Shown here in pieces: positions 31,529 to 41,332 of a stretch of 64,000 bases of DNA. Position 1 is the stretch's first letter, and every line of letters starts with the position of its first letter. This DNA is from an uncultured Gemmatimonadales bacterium. Its GTDB lineage: Bacteria; Gemmatimonadota; Gemmatimonadetes; Gemmatimonadales; GWC2-71-9. A model generated the notes under the pieces. It was not told where the DNA came from and did no database searches. It saw only the letters and a list, made by a program, of their open reading frames with translations. A program made the translations under genes and the position numbers. The stretch lies in the NCBI GenBank assembly GCA_963795085.1, contig CAWCFX010000002.1, forward strand, positions 320,001-384,000, given 5' to 3'.

Positions 31529-33211
31529 ATGACCCACGACGTTCCGCTGCTGAAGGACCTGCTGTTCCTCCTGCTCGTCTCGGTTCCCGTCGCCTACATC
31601 AGCCATCGTCTGCGACTCCCCACTATCGTGGGGTTTATCCTCGTGGGAATCATCTTCGGTCCCCACGGCATAGGCGCCGTCCAGGACGTGGAAGCGGTCA
31701 CCGTGCTGGCCGACATCGGGGTGGCGCTGCTGCTCTTCGTGATTGGCCTGGAGTTCTCGCTCCAGCGCCTGCTGACCATGCGGCGGCTGCTCTTTCTGGG
31801 CGGCGGGCTGCAGGTCGGGATCACGGTCGCGGTGGCGGCGGGAGTCGTGGTCCTGCTGGACCGGACTCTCCCCGAGGGCATCTTCGTCGGATTTCTGCTG
31901 GCGCTCTCCAGCACCGCCCTCGTCCTGCGAGGCTATGAGGAGCGGGCCGAGATGGAGGCGCCGCATGGGCGGGTCGGGCTGGGGATCCTGCTGTTCCAGG
32001 ACCTCTGCATCATTCCCATGATGATTCTGATCCCGGTGCTGGCCGGCGAGGAAGGGGTCTCGGTGGCCGGGATCGGCCTGGCCCTCGGCAAGGCCCTCGT
32101 GGCGGTCGTCCTGATCGTCCTCGGTGCCCGCCTGCTGGTCCCGCTCATGCTCCGCTACGTCGTCCGCCTGCAGAACGCGGAAGTCTTCATGCTGTCGGCC
32201 GCGCTGGTGGTGTTCGGGACCTCGTGGCTCACCGCCCAACTGGGGCTCTCGATCGCGATCGGCGCGTTTATCGCGGGCCTGGTGCTCTCAGAGTCGGAGT
32301 ACAGTCACCAGATCGTCGCCGACTTCCTCCCTTTCCGGAACCTGTTCATCAGTCTCTTCTTCGTCTCGATGGGCATGTTGCTCTCGGCCCGGGAGTTGTG
32401 GGACCATCTGGGGCTGGTGCTCGCCGTGGTCACCCTGCTGATCGCCATCAAGGTCGTCATCACCGGCGGGGTCGTCAGGGTGCTCGGCTATCCTCCCCGG
32501 GTCGCGGCGCTGGCGGGGATGGGCCTGGCCCAGGTCGGGGAGTTCTCCTTCGTGCTGGCCAAGGAGGGGCTCGGGGTCGAGCTCCTGGCCCCCGGGGACT
32601 ATCAGATCTTCCTCGGTGCGGCCATACTCTCGATGGCGGCCACTCCGGCGCTCATGGCATTGGCCCCGCGGCTCGCCTTCCAGGGAAGCGACACGGTCTC
32701 GGCGGAGGTGGCGGAGTCCGGGGAGAAACTCGCGGGACACGCCATCGTGGTCGGGTATGGCCACAGCGGCCGCAGCCTGGCGCAGATGCTCCGGATCGTG
32801 AAACTCCCGCATGTTGCCATCGAGCTGAACGCGGCAATTGTGGACCAGGCCCATCAGCGGAAAGAGAAGGTCACCTACGGCGATGCGACCCGCCGGGAAA
32901 TGCTGATGCATGCAGGGGTCCAGGCGGCACGGGTCATGGCCCTCGCGATATCCGACCCGGTCGCCACCCGGCATATCGTCGTGCTGGCGCGCCAACTCAA
33001 CCCGGCGCTGCAGATCATTCTGCGGACCCGGTATCTCCGCGACCACGACGGGCTGGTGAAGCTGGGCGCGAACCAGGTCATCCCGGAGGAGTTCGAGAGC
33101 AGCATCCAGATCTCGGCCCGGGTGCTGGAGCAGTTCCAGATCCCGGCGGACGAGATCCACCGGCTGGTGGAAGACGTCCGCCGGGAAGGCTACCAGACGT
33201 TCCGGGATTAG
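31529..33211 (+). CDS. CPA2-family cation:proton antiporter with C-terminal KTN/RCK_N domain (KefC/YbaL-like)
   Basis: LSSTA, GILLFQD and LAQVGEFSFV motifs; VGYGHSG Rossmann motif and YGDA. Confidence 0.9.
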   Translation: MTHDVPLLKDLLFLLLVSVPVAYISHRLRLPTIVGFILVGIIFGPHGIGAVQDVEAVTVLADIGVALLLFVIGLEFSLQRLLTMRRLLFLGGGLQVGITVAVAAGVVVLLDRTLPEGIFVGFLLALSSTALVLRGYEERAEMEAPHGRVGLGILLFQDLCIIPMMILIPVLAGEEGVSVAGIGLALGKALVAVVLIVLGARLLVPLMLRYVVRLQNAEVFMLSAALVVFGTSWLTAQLGLSIAIGAFIAGLVLSESEYSHQIVADFLPFRNLFISLFFVSMGMLLSARELWDHLGLVLAVVTLLIAIKVVITGGVVRVLGYPPRVAALAGMGLAQVGEFSFVLAKEGLGVELLAPGDYQIFLGAAILSMAATPALMALAPRLAFQGSDTVSAEVAESGEKLAGHAIVVGYGHSGRSLAQMLRIVKLPHVAIELNAAIVDQAHQRKEKVTYGDATRREMLMHAGVQAARVMALAISDPVATRHIVVLARQLNPALQIILRTRYLRDHDGLVKLGANQVIPEEFESSIQISARVLEQFQIPADEIHRLVEDVRREGYQTFRD

Positions 33212-33251
33212 CGGTAGAGGTTCAGTCTCCCTCCCTTTCGAGGAGTGCCGT

Positions 33252-33842
33252 ATGGGATATGTGGACGATCACCTGTTATCGGGCGAGAAGGTGGTGTACC
33301 GGGCCCACCTTCACTGGATCATCTTCTTCTGGCCGGTGTTCACATTGCTGGTGGGCGTGGCGCTCCTGATTCTGTTTCCCGATAACTACATCGTCGGCGC
33401 GGCGGTGGCCGGGCTCGGCCTGGTGGCCCTGCTCTGGCCGCTGCTCAAGTACCATTCCTCGGAGTATGCCGTGACCAGCAAGCGGCTGGTCGTGAAGCTG
33501 GGGCTGATCCAGCGGGAAGCCGACGAGACCCTGCTGAGCAAGATCGAGAACATCGCGGTGGACCAGGATATCGGGGGCCGGATCCTGGGTTACGGCACCA
33601 TTACCATCACCGGCACCGGGGGGACCCGGGAAGGCTTTCCCCGCATTTCCTCGCCCCTGGAATTTCGCCGCCAGGTTCACTCCCAGATCGTGGAACTGGA
33701 AGACCGGGGGGCAGGGCTCAAGGCTACCCTGCCGGACCCGGGCGTGAACCGGGTGGAGCGGGAATGCCCCTTCTGCGCGGAGAAGATCCTGGCCAAGGCA
33801 AAGGTGTGCAAGCACTGCGGGCGGGAGGTGGAGCCGGTGTAG
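33252..33842 (+). CDS. Membrane protein with bacterial PH domain and C-terminal zinc ribbon
   Basis: Two TM helices; YAVTSKRL..K.G and VDQ..GRILGYG; CPFCAE.I..KAKVCKHC. Confidence 0.82.
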   Translation: MGYVDDHLLSGEKVVYRAHLHWIIFFWPVFTLLVGVALLILFPDNYIVGAAVAGLGLVALLWPLLKYHSSEYAVTSKRLVVKLGLIQREADETLLSKIENIAVDQDIGGRILGYGTITITGTGGTREGFPRISSPLEFRRQVHSQIVELEDRGAGLKATLPDPGVNRVERECPFCAEKILAKAKVCKHCGREVEPV

Positions 33843-33931
33843 GATTCGACGCGCCTTGCCTCTCCAACGGCGCTGTGTCGAATTCTCCGTGACGTGCGTC
33901 TTTTTCGGGTAGCCCACCACTGGAACTCATC

Positions 33932-35245
33932 ATGACCTGGTCCCGCTGGCTCTTCATCGCAATCCCGGTCGTAGCGGCCTGCAGTGATCCGCCGGAACGC
34001 CCCAACGACCCCGCCGAATTCTCCATCAGCCCCGCACGCCAGTGGAGTGGAGGAGCGATCACCATCCGGTCCAGCCTGTTCACGGGCCGGGCAGACCTGC
34101 CCGCGATCCTGGTCGATGGGCTGGACGCCACGGTGAACCGCATCGACGACTCGACCGTGGGCGTGACCCTTCCCATCCTTCCCAGCCAGACCGGTGCGCC
34201 GGTGAAGGTCGTTGAGGGGGCCACGGCCTATAATGTCGGGACCATTGTTATCACGGGCTTCCGGAGCCGGGCCGGGGCAACGCCAGGATTTCTCTGGGAG
34301 CCGGTCGGGGTCCAGGAAGCCGGCGGCCCGGCGGTGGTAGGGGGCACCTTCAGCCAGCCGGGGACGGGAGGGATCACGCTCGTCGATCTCCGCACCGGCC
34401 AGAGCCGTATCGAAACTGGAGTGGCGCCGGCATACTGGTCCAGCGGGCACGGCGCCGGCGTCAGCTATCAGCCGGGACACCTGATCCTCCGGGACAGCAG
34501 CGGGGCGGTGGGCGACTGGCAGGTGACCCCCACCCTCGCCCATGTCGATACGATTCCCGCCGTCACCTTCAGCCGCAGCGTGGCCCGGTTGAGCCCGGAC
34601 GTCTGGCTCTTCACCAGCAACCACACGACGATGGTCCGCCGGACCGGGAACCCGGATATCTCGGTGCCGATGGAAGACCCGTTCGGGTTCCATCTCTCGT
34701 CCGCAGCCGACCGGGCGGTGTTGAGCACGAGCCAGGCGCTCGGCGGGGTGCCGGTCTTCGCAATGTCCACGGGAGACACCCTCTTCCGACTTTCGCTTCC
34801 GGGCCTCGCCGGAGCGGCGTTCCGCTCCGATGGCGGGAGGCTGTTCCTGACGGCGGGAAGCGGAGGGCCGGCAACGGAGGTGCAACTGGTCAATGCGGCG
34901 ACCGGTGCGCTGATTGACAGCAAGCCGGTGCCTCCCGGGTTCGAGGCGTTTGGCGTGGCGCTCAGCGCGGCGGGAGACCGGCTCTTCGTGGCGATGATGG
35001 CGGACAGCGTGCCTCACCTGGCGGTTTACGCGACCGACGGCGACTCCCTTGCCCAGGTCGGGATGCTGGGCGCCACCGACGCGACCGCCTGTTCCTCCTG
35101 CGGCTCCAACATGCTGTACCAGGCGCTCCTTGTCCTGGACGAAGCGACCGGCACCATCTTCCTGGCCAGCCAGGGCGAGCCGGCGCTGATCTGGGCGTTT
35201 GATATCCTGCCGGCGATCTACACCGGCCTTCCAGCAAAGGAATAA
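33932..35245 (+). CDS. Hypothetical lipoprotein (IPT/TIG-like domain + beta-propeller-like)
   Basis: Lipobox VVAAC; ISPARQWSGG.ITI; blade motifs AFRSDGGRLF and ALSAAGDRLFV. Confidence 0.7.
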   Translation: MTWSRWLFIAIPVVAACSDPPERPNDPAEFSISPARQWSGGAITIRSSLFTGRADLPAILVDGLDATVNRIDDSTVGVTLPILPSQTGAPVKVVEGATAYNVGTIVITGFRSRAGATPGFLWEPVGVQEAGGPAVVGGTFSQPGTGGITLVDLRTGQSRIETGVAPAYWSSGHGAGVSYQPGHLILRDSSGAVGDWQVTPTLAHVDTIPAVTFSRSVARLSPDVWLFTSNHTTMVRRTGNPDISVPMEDPFGFHLSSAADRAVLSTSQALGGVPVFAMSTGDTLFRLSLPGLAGAAFRSDGGRLFLTAGSGGPATEVQLVNAATGALIDSKPVPPGFEAFGVALSAAGDRLFVAMMADSVPHLAVYATDGDSLAQVGMLGATDATACSSCGSNMLYQALLVLDEATGTIFLASQGEPALIWAFDILPAIYTGLPAKE

Positions 35246-35252
35246 TGACTCC

Positions 35253-36545
35253 ATGCTTGAGGCACCGTTTGCCCGCCGTGCCTCCAGATTGTGGAGCCCC
35301 CTCTCTTCGTCGGGCCTGAAACCAACCGCTATCATCGCCACCGCTCTACTCGCGGCCTGCAACAGCCCTCCGGATGGGCCATCGCCCCCGGGCGAGTTCG
35401 TCGTCTCTCCTGCCCGGCAGTGGAGCGGCGGGGAATTGCGGATCACCTCGACATGCTTGCGAGACCGGCCGGTTGTCCGTGTTTCGGTTGATTCGGCCAC
35501 CATCGCGTCGGTCCGCGCTGATGACACGACCCTGGTCCTTCAACTCCCTCCCGGGCCTTCCGGTGCCGTCATTGTGCGGGTGGACGCCTGGGAGGCCGGC
35601 CGGGTAAGCCGCATCGGGTATCGAGATTCCCGGACCTACCAGGGGGGCTGGATATCGGCAATACATCAATTCCCCCAGGGGCCGGTCGGACTTGGTTTGT
35701 CTGATCCCGGCGGCAGGGAGATGCAGGGAGTATGGAACCTCAGCACCGAAACCGGCTTCCAGTTCCTACCGCGGTTCAGGTCTTCGGGTTATGGGCCGGG
35801 GCCAAGTTATCGGGGCTTGACCGTCGCGGTGTTCCAGGATACGACCGGCATGATCGGCGAATGGGACCTGTGGCCCACGCTTCGGTTCGTTGATACGGTG
35901 CGCGGCGTAACGACCCACCAGCGGCTGACGGCCGTGATCGGGCCGGAGCACTATCTTCTCGCGTTCGGCAATGGGCTCACCGGCCGGTTTCAGGGCGCTT
36001 CAAAGTTATATACACCAGATGATGTAACCCGCGGATTCATCTCGACGACGGCCGGCCGCGCCCTGGTTGATGGGAAGGCCGCGCGGGTCCCGGTCTTCGA
36101 TATCGTGGCCGGTGACAGCGCATACACTCTGCCGCTTCGCAGCATCCATGGAGCTGCGTTCTCCAGGGAGGGCGCGAGATTGTACCTGTCAGGGACCTAT
36201 GGTTTCGGTCAACCCAGCGTGCTGCTTACGGTGGACCCCGCGGACGGTTCGGTGGTGGCCGAGGATACTCTGCCGCCGGGCACCGATGGGTTTGACCTCG
36301 CTCTTGATCTTTCGGAGTCACTCCTCTTTCTGCTCGCCCGGGTCGACAGTGCTCCCAGCCTTCTCGTGCTGGACACCCGAACCCTGCGTCGAATTGGCGT
36401 GCTGACGGTCCCTGCCGAGCAGCACGGGATATGTGAGATCGACTGCTTATCCTATCGGATAGGCATCGACGAATCGCGCCGGACGGTATATCTCACCGCG
36501 CCGGGTTATCCCATCGTTGTCCATCGATTTGACCTGCTTCGCTAG
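35253..36545 (+). CDS. Hypothetical lipoprotein, paralog of the upstream gene (start uncertain)
   Basis: Lipobox LLAAC; VSPARQWSGG; AFSREGARLY; collinear similarity to 33932..35245. Confidence 0.68.
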   Translation: MLEAPFARRASRLWSPLSSSGLKPTAIIATALLAACNSPPDGPSPPGEFVVSPARQWSGGELRITSTCLRDRPVVRVSVDSATIASVRADDTTLVLQLPPGPSGAVIVRVDAWEAGRVSRIGYRDSRTYQGGWISAIHQFPQGPVGLGLSDPGGREMQGVWNLSTETGFQFLPRFRSSGYGPGPSYRGLTVAVFQDTTGMIGEWDLWPTLRFVDTVRGVTTHQRLTAVIGPEHYLLAFGNGLTGRFQGASKLYTPDDVTRGFISTTAGRALVDGKAARVPVFDIVAGDSAYTLPLRSIHGAAFSREGARLYLSGTYGFGQPSVLLTVDPADGSVVAEDTLPPGTDGFDLALDLSESLLFLLARVDSAPSLLVLDTRTLRRIGVLTVPAEQHGICEIDCLSYRIGIDESRRTVYLTAPGYPIVVHRFDLLR

Positions 36546-36637
36546 GCCTGCCGGAACAATGGCAGGTTCCGGGCTGCGCCTCCGGCGCCTAACCCCTTAT
36601 ATTGCCGTCTCCTAGCCTCCAGACTCGAGGAGACCGC

Positions 36638-37828
36638 ATGCCCGGCCTTGACCCGGCCACGATCCAGGACGCCGCGCTCCGCCCCGTGGCGGAAAAGGTG
36701 CAGCTCGGCCGGCGGCTCGACCGCGCCGACGGCCTGGCCCTCTACGCGTCCCACGACCTGCTCGGCATCGGCGCCCTGGCCGATTACGCCAACCAGCAGA
36801 AGAACGGCGACCGGGTCTTTTTCTCCGCCAACCAGCACATTAACCCTACCAACGTCTGCATTCTCCGGAACACCTGCACCTTCTGCTCCTTCGCCAAGAT
36901 GCCGAAGGAAGAGGGCAACTACACCCGGACGCTGGACGAGGTCTACCACGAGGCGGAACAGGCGGAGGGAAGCCCCACCCGGGAATTCCACATAGTGGGC
37001 GGACTGCACCCCAAGCTCCGGCTCTCCTATTACACCGACATGATCCGGGGGCTCAAGGAGCGGCACCCCCATGTACACATCAAGGCCCTCACCGCGGTCG
37101 AGATCGCCCACCTCGCCCGGATCGAGAAGATCAGCGAGGCGGAGGTGCTCACCCGGATGAAGGAGGCGGGGCTCACCAGCCTTCCCGGCGGCGGCGCCGA
37201 GGTGTTCAGCACCGCCGTGCGCGCTACCATCGCGGAGCGGAAGCTGACCGGCGAGGAGTGGATCCGGGTCCACCGCGTGGCCCACGGGCTCGGCATTCCG
37301 ACCAACTGCACCATGCTCTACGGCCACGTGGAAACGGCGGCCGACCGGATTGACCACCTCACCATGCTCCGGGACCTTCAGGACGAGACCGGCGGGTTCC
37401 TGACCTACATCCCGCTGGCCTATCACCCGGACCACAACGAGCTGGGCGAGGAGCTGGGGCGGGTGGGCACCGCGACAACCGGCTACGAGGATCTCAAGAA
37501 CATCGCCATCGGCCGGCTCTTCCTGGACAACATTCCCCACGTGAAGACCCACTGGCCCATGGTGACGCCGTTTCTCTCCCAGATCGCGCTGGCGTTCGGC
37601 TGCGACGATGTCGAGGGCACGGTGGTGTATGAGCGGATCTATCACGAGGCCGGCGCCAGCACCGAGATGCACATGCCCTATTCCGGGCTGGTGGAGCTGA
37701 TCCGCGGAGCAGGGAAACGCCCGGTCGAGCGGAACAGCCTCTACGAGTCCGTCCGGGAGAATTTCGACGACCTGCCTCCGACTCCCGCGGTCAAGTCCCG
37801 CAGCCTGCCGGTGGTGCACGCCGCATGA
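36638..37828 (+). CDS. mqnE: Aminofutalosine synthase MqnE (radical SAM)
   Basis: NPTNVC..TC.FC, HIVGGLHP, KALTAVEI, PGGGAE and TMLYGH motifs; next to mqnA and mqnC. Confidence 0.9.
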   Translation: MPGLDPATIQDAALRPVAEKVQLGRRLDRADGLALYASHDLLGIGALADYANQQKNGDRVFFSANQHINPTNVCILRNTCTFCSFAKMPKEEGNYTRTLDEVYHEAEQAEGSPTREFHIVGGLHPKLRLSYYTDMIRGLKERHPHVHIKALTAVEIAHLARIEKISEAEVLTRMKEAGLTSLPGGGAEVFSTAVRATIAERKLTGEEWIRVHRVAHGLGIPTNCTMLYGHVETAADRIDHLTMLRDLQDETGGFLTYIPLAYHPDHNELGEELGRVGTATTGYEDLKNIAIGRLFLDNIPHVKTHWPMVTPFLSQIALAFGCDDVEGTVVYERIYHEAGASTEMHMPYSGLVELIRGAGKRPVERNSLYESVRENFDDLPPTPAVKSRSLPVVHAA

Positions 37829-38646
37829 GGCTGGGCCGAATCCCCTGGATCAACTGCTTTCCGGTCTATGGCGCCATTGACCGGGGCATCGTCGCGGTGC
37901 CGGCTGACCTGGTGAGTGGCACTGCCTCCGAGCTCAATGACCTGCTGGCCGCCGGGGAACTGGACGTCAGCGTGGTCTCGGCGGTGGAATACGCCCGGAA
38001 CGCCTCCGCCTATCACCTGCTGCCGGACCTGGCTATTACCTGCGACGGCCCGGTCCACAGCGTGAAACTCTTCTCGAAGCGGCCGGTGGCGGAATTGGAT
38101 GGTCGCACCGTGCTCCGCACCGAGTCGAGCCGGACCTCGGTCCTGCTTCTCGAACTGCTTTGCCGGCATCGCTGGAACATCGCGCCCCGGTTCGCGACGG
38201 TACGGGCGGAAGCTCCCGATCTCGAATCACTGGCCGGGCTGCCCCACGAGGCGGTGCTGGTCATCGGGGACGCCGCGCTGATGCTTGCCGCCAGCGAGAA
38301 GTATCCGGTTGAGGTGGACCTCGGTGCTGAGTGGAAAGCCTGGACCCAGTTGCCCTTTGTCTTCGCCGTGTGGGCGGCCCGCCGGGCGACGGACCAGGCC
38401 GGAGTTCAAGTGATCCATCAGCGGCTGCTGGAATCCCGCCGCTGGGGGCTGGAGCACTTGGACACCCTGGCGGAGGACGCGGCCCGGTCCAGCGGCGTCG
38501 CGCCGGCCACCTGCCGAGCCTACCTCGAGGACCTCGACTATCGCTTGAGCTACCGGCACCTGGCAGGACTGACCGATTTCTTCCGCCGCCTGGCCCAGGA
38601 CGGGCTGGTCCCGGACGGGTCGCTGTCATTCATCTCGGCGGCGTGA
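37825..38646 (+). CDS. mqnA: Chorismate dehydratase MqnA
   Basis: RLGRIPWINCFP, GPVHSV, SRTS, IGDAAL and DLG.EW..WT.LPFVFAVW motifs. Confidence 0.9.
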   Translation: MRLGRIPWINCFPVYGAIDRGIVAVPADLVSGTASELNDLLAAGELDVSVVSAVEYARNASAYHLLPDLAITCDGPVHSVKLFSKRPVAELDGRTVLRTESSRTSVLLLELLCRHRWNIAPRFATVRAEAPDLESLAGLPHEAVLVIGDAALMLAASEKYPVEVDLGAEWKAWTQLPFVFAVWAARRATDQAGVQVIHQRLLESRRWGLEHLDTLAEDAARSSGVAPATCRAYLEDLDYRLSYRHLAGLTDFFRRLAQDGLVPDGSLSFISAA

Positions 38647-38648
38647 TA

Positions 38649-38698
38649 CAAGGGGGCAAGAGGGCAAGAGGGCAAGGGGGCAGAGGGCCAGGGACGGG
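38649..38698 (+). repeat. G-rich ~8-mer tandem repeat (RGGGCAAG-like) x~5
   Basis: GGGGCAAG AGGGCAAG AGGGCAAG GGGGCAG AGGGCCAG directly after the mqnA stop. Confidence 0.75.
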
Positions 38699-38737
38699 TT
38701 CGCGCTTCAATGAGAACGTTTCTTTCCGCATGCAGGG

Positions 38738-39799
38738 ATGACCATGGTTGACCGCACTTCAAGTGAATTCTCGGCCTACCTCGAGTTGTACGAGAAGGCG
38801 CCCCTGCTCGAGCTGGGGCGGCTCGCCGATGCTGAACGGTGGCGGCAGCACCCGGACAACGTGGTCACCTACATCATTGACCGGAACATCAACTACACCA
38901 ATGTCTGCGTCGCCGACTGCGGTTTCTGCGCCTTTGCGCGCCGGCCCAAGCACGCCGAGGGATACGTCCTGAGCTTCGAGCAGATCGGCCGGAAGATCGA
39001 CGAGTGCAAGGCGATCGGTGGGGTGCAGATTCTTCTCCAGGGGGGACACAATCCGTACATCCCCTTCGACTGGTACCTGGACCTCATGCGGTACATCAAG
39101 CAGCACCACCCGATCCACATCCACGGGTTCTCGCCTTCGGAGGTTGTGTTCTTTTCGGAACGCTTCAAGCTGCCGGTACCTCACGTGGTGCGTGAACTCC
39201 GGGCGGCCGGCCTGGACAGCATTCCCGGCGGCGGGGGCGAGATCCTGGTGGACGCCATCCGCAGCCGGGTGGCCCCCAAGAAGGCCCAGACCGAGGAGTG
39301 GCTCGGCGTCCAGGAGGAAGCCCACCGCCAGGGCATGAAGACGTCGGTCACCATGATGTACGGCATGGGCGAGAGCAATGCCGACCGGGTGGAGCATCTC
39401 TTCCGGGTGCGGGACCTCCAGGCCCGGACCGGTGGGTTCACCGCATTCATCTGCTGGCCGCTCCAGCCGGAGGGGACGCCGGAGATGGCGCACTATGAGA
39501 AGACCGATGCGGTCACCTATCTCCGGACCCTGGCGCTCGCCCGGATCATGCTGCCCAACGTGCCCAACCTGCAGTCTTCGTGGGTCACCATGGGTCACAA
39601 GGTCGGGCAGGTGGCGCTCCGGTTCGGGGCCAACGACTACGGCAGCCTCATGATGGAAGAAAACGTCGTCTCCGCCGCCGGGACGACCTACCGCACCACC
39701 CTGGAGCAGATCGAGCGGCAGATCACCGATGCCGGCTATCTGGCCCGGCGGCGCCGGCAGGACTATTCAATTATTCCGGACAGCCAGGCCGCGGCGTGA
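38738..39799 (+). CDS. mqnC: Cyclic dehypoxanthine futalosine synthase MqnC (radical SAM)
   Basis: DRNINYTNVC..C.FC, LQGG, SIPGGGGEIL, QSSWVT and MMEENVV motifs. Confidence 0.92.
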   Translation: MTMVDRTSSEFSAYLELYEKAPLLELGRLADAERWRQHPDNVVTYIIDRNINYTNVCVADCGFCAFARRPKHAEGYVLSFEQIGRKIDECKAIGGVQILLQGGHNPYIPFDWYLDLMRYIKQHHPIHIHGFSPSEVVFFSERFKLPVPHVVRELRAAGLDSIPGGGGEILVDAIRSRVAPKKAQTEEWLGVQEEAHRQGMKTSVTMMYGMGESNADRVEHLFRVRDLQARTGGFTAFICWPLQPEGTPEMAHYEKTDAVTYLRTLALARIMLPNVPNLQSSWVTMGHKVGQVALRFGANDYGSLMMEENVVSAAGTTYRTTLEQIERQITDAGYLARRRRQDYSIIPDSQAAA

Positions 39800-39809
39800 C
39801 GGGCTGCCC

Positions 39810-40283
39810 GTGAGAATCGGTTTCGGTTACGACTCCCACCGCTTTATCGCCGGGCGGCCGCTCATCCTCGCGGGCCAGCATATCCAGCATGAGGAGGGCC
39901 TCGACGGCCACTCGGATGCCGACGCCGTCACCCATGCCCTGATTGATGCCATGCTCGGCGCGGCGGGAGCGGGGAATATCGGGCTGCTGTTTCCCGATAC
40001 CGATCCCCGCTGGAAAGACGCGGACTCCATGGTGCTGCTGCAGCTGGCCGGCGAGGCGGTGGCGGGCCGCGGGTACCGGGTCGCCCAGGCCGATTTGACC
40101 ATCATCGTGGAACGGCCCCGGATGACACCCCACGTGGCCGCCATGAGCCGGGCCCTTGCCCTGGCCCTCGGCCTCTCCGAGCAGGATATCAGCGTCAAGG
40201 CCAAGACCAACGAAGGGATGGGCTTCATCGGCCGGGGCGAGGGCATCGCGGTCCTGGCCGTGGCGCTGCTGGAACGCCGCTGA
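39810..40283 (+). CDS. ispF: 2-C-methyl-D-erythritol 2,4-cyclodiphosphate synthase
   Basis: RIG.GYDSH, GHSDAD..HA..DA.LGA and VKAKTNEGMG motifs. Confidence 0.94.
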   Translation: MRIGFGYDSHRFIAGRPLILAGQHIQHEEGLDGHSDADAVTHALIDAMLGAAGAGNIGLLFPDTDPRWKDADSMVLLQLAGEAVAGRGYRVAQADLTIIVERPRMTPHVAAMSRALALALGLSEQDISVKAKTNEGMGFIGRGEGIAVLAVALLERR

Positions 40284-41332
40284 TCGAACAGCTTCTCACC
40301 TGGCTGGCCGGACTCCCGCCGGCGGCGGTGTACGCGATTCTTGCGGCCACCACCTTCCTGGAGAACGCCTTTCCTCCGAGCCCTTCCGACGTGGCCGTGG
40401 CCCTGGGCGCGTTCCTGTCCCACCGCGGGGTCACCACCCCGTGGCTGGTATTCACGGTCGCGTGGACCGCCAGTTCGATCGGGGCGGTCGTCGTCTATGG
40501 CCTCGCCCGGCGCTACGGCCGCAGCCTCTTCGCCGGCCGGCTGGGGCGGAAGCTCCTTTCGCCCCATGCGGTCGCGACCATAGAACGAGAGTACCTCCGC
40601 TTCGGCATCGCCGGCATGTTCCTGGGCCGGCTCCTTCCCGGCGTCCGGTCCTTCGTTGCGCCCTTCGCCGGGATCATGAACCTGTCGCCACTCAAGGCCC
40701 TGGCGCCCATGATCCTGGCCTCGGGGCTCTGGTACGGGGGTCTCACGGTCCTGGGAGCCAAGATCGGATCCGAGTGGGAGACCATCAACCAGTTTCTCAG
40801 CGGACTGAACCGCGGCCTGGCCTACGCGGCGGGTGTCCTGGTCGCAATCGTGGCGGGTCTGCTGATCATGCGCCGGTTCCGCCAGCGCGATGCACAGCTG
40901 GCCGCCTCCCTGGTCCAGGCATTCGGGGCAAGGGCCTCCGGTGCCCATACCAGGGACGAGACGGCGGCAATGGCCGCAGCGGCCACGCTGATGATGGAAC
41001 TGGCCCGCGCCGACGAGACCCTCACCCCGGCCGAGCTCGACACGGTGGCGGACTACCTGCAGCAGCGCTGGGAGATCGCCCCCGCACACCCCGTCCCCGA
41101 GGGTGCGTCCTTGATCGAACGGGCCCGGCAGCTGGAGTTGGCCAACCGGACCTCCCAGGATTACCAGAAAGCGGAACGGGAAGCGCTGGTGATCCGACTC
41201 TGGCGTGCCGGCTTTGCGGACGGGATCCTCAACCAGCACGAGGACCGGCTCATGCGCCGGGCCGGGATGGTCCTGGGACTGACGGAGGCCGAAGTCGAAC
41301 AGGCCAGGGAACATGCCAGAACCGGCCGATAA
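40280..41332 (+). CDS. DedA-family membrane protein fused to a C-terminal TerB-like domain (probable CTG start)
   Basis: ENAFPPSPSD and GRLLPGVRSF DedA motifs; tandem ADETL..AE and ADG.L..HE TerB-like motifs. Confidence 0.8.
   Translation: MIEQLLTWLAGLPPAAVYAILAATTFLENAFPPSPSDVAVALGAFLSHRGVTTPWLVFTVAWTASSIGAVVVYGLARRYGRSLFAGRLGRKLLSPHAVATIEREYLRFGIAGMFLGRLLPGVRSFVAPFAGIMNLSPLKALAPMILASGLWYGGLTVLGAKIGSEWETINQFLSGLNRGLAYAAGVLVAIVAGLLIMRRFRQRDAQLAASLVQAFGARASGAHTRDETAAMAAAATLMMELARADETLTPAELDTVADYLQQRWEIAPAHPVPEGASLIERARQLELANRTSQDYQKAEREALVIRLWRAGFADGILNQHEDRLMRRAGMVLGLTEAEVEQAREHARTGR

Noticed and set aside
33217..33245. Degenerate copy of the tRNA-Ser 3' end (GGTTC...TCCCTCCCT) as a possible attR
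   Set aside because: Only 9 contiguous identical bases and no integrase nearby; equally explained as a CTCCCT-TTCG-AGGAG hairpin over the next RBS
33842..33886. Integron attC-like bulged hairpin before the lipoprotein pair
   Set aside because: Lacks RYYYAAC/GTTRRRY ends, is not repeated at other lipoprotein genes, and no IntI is present
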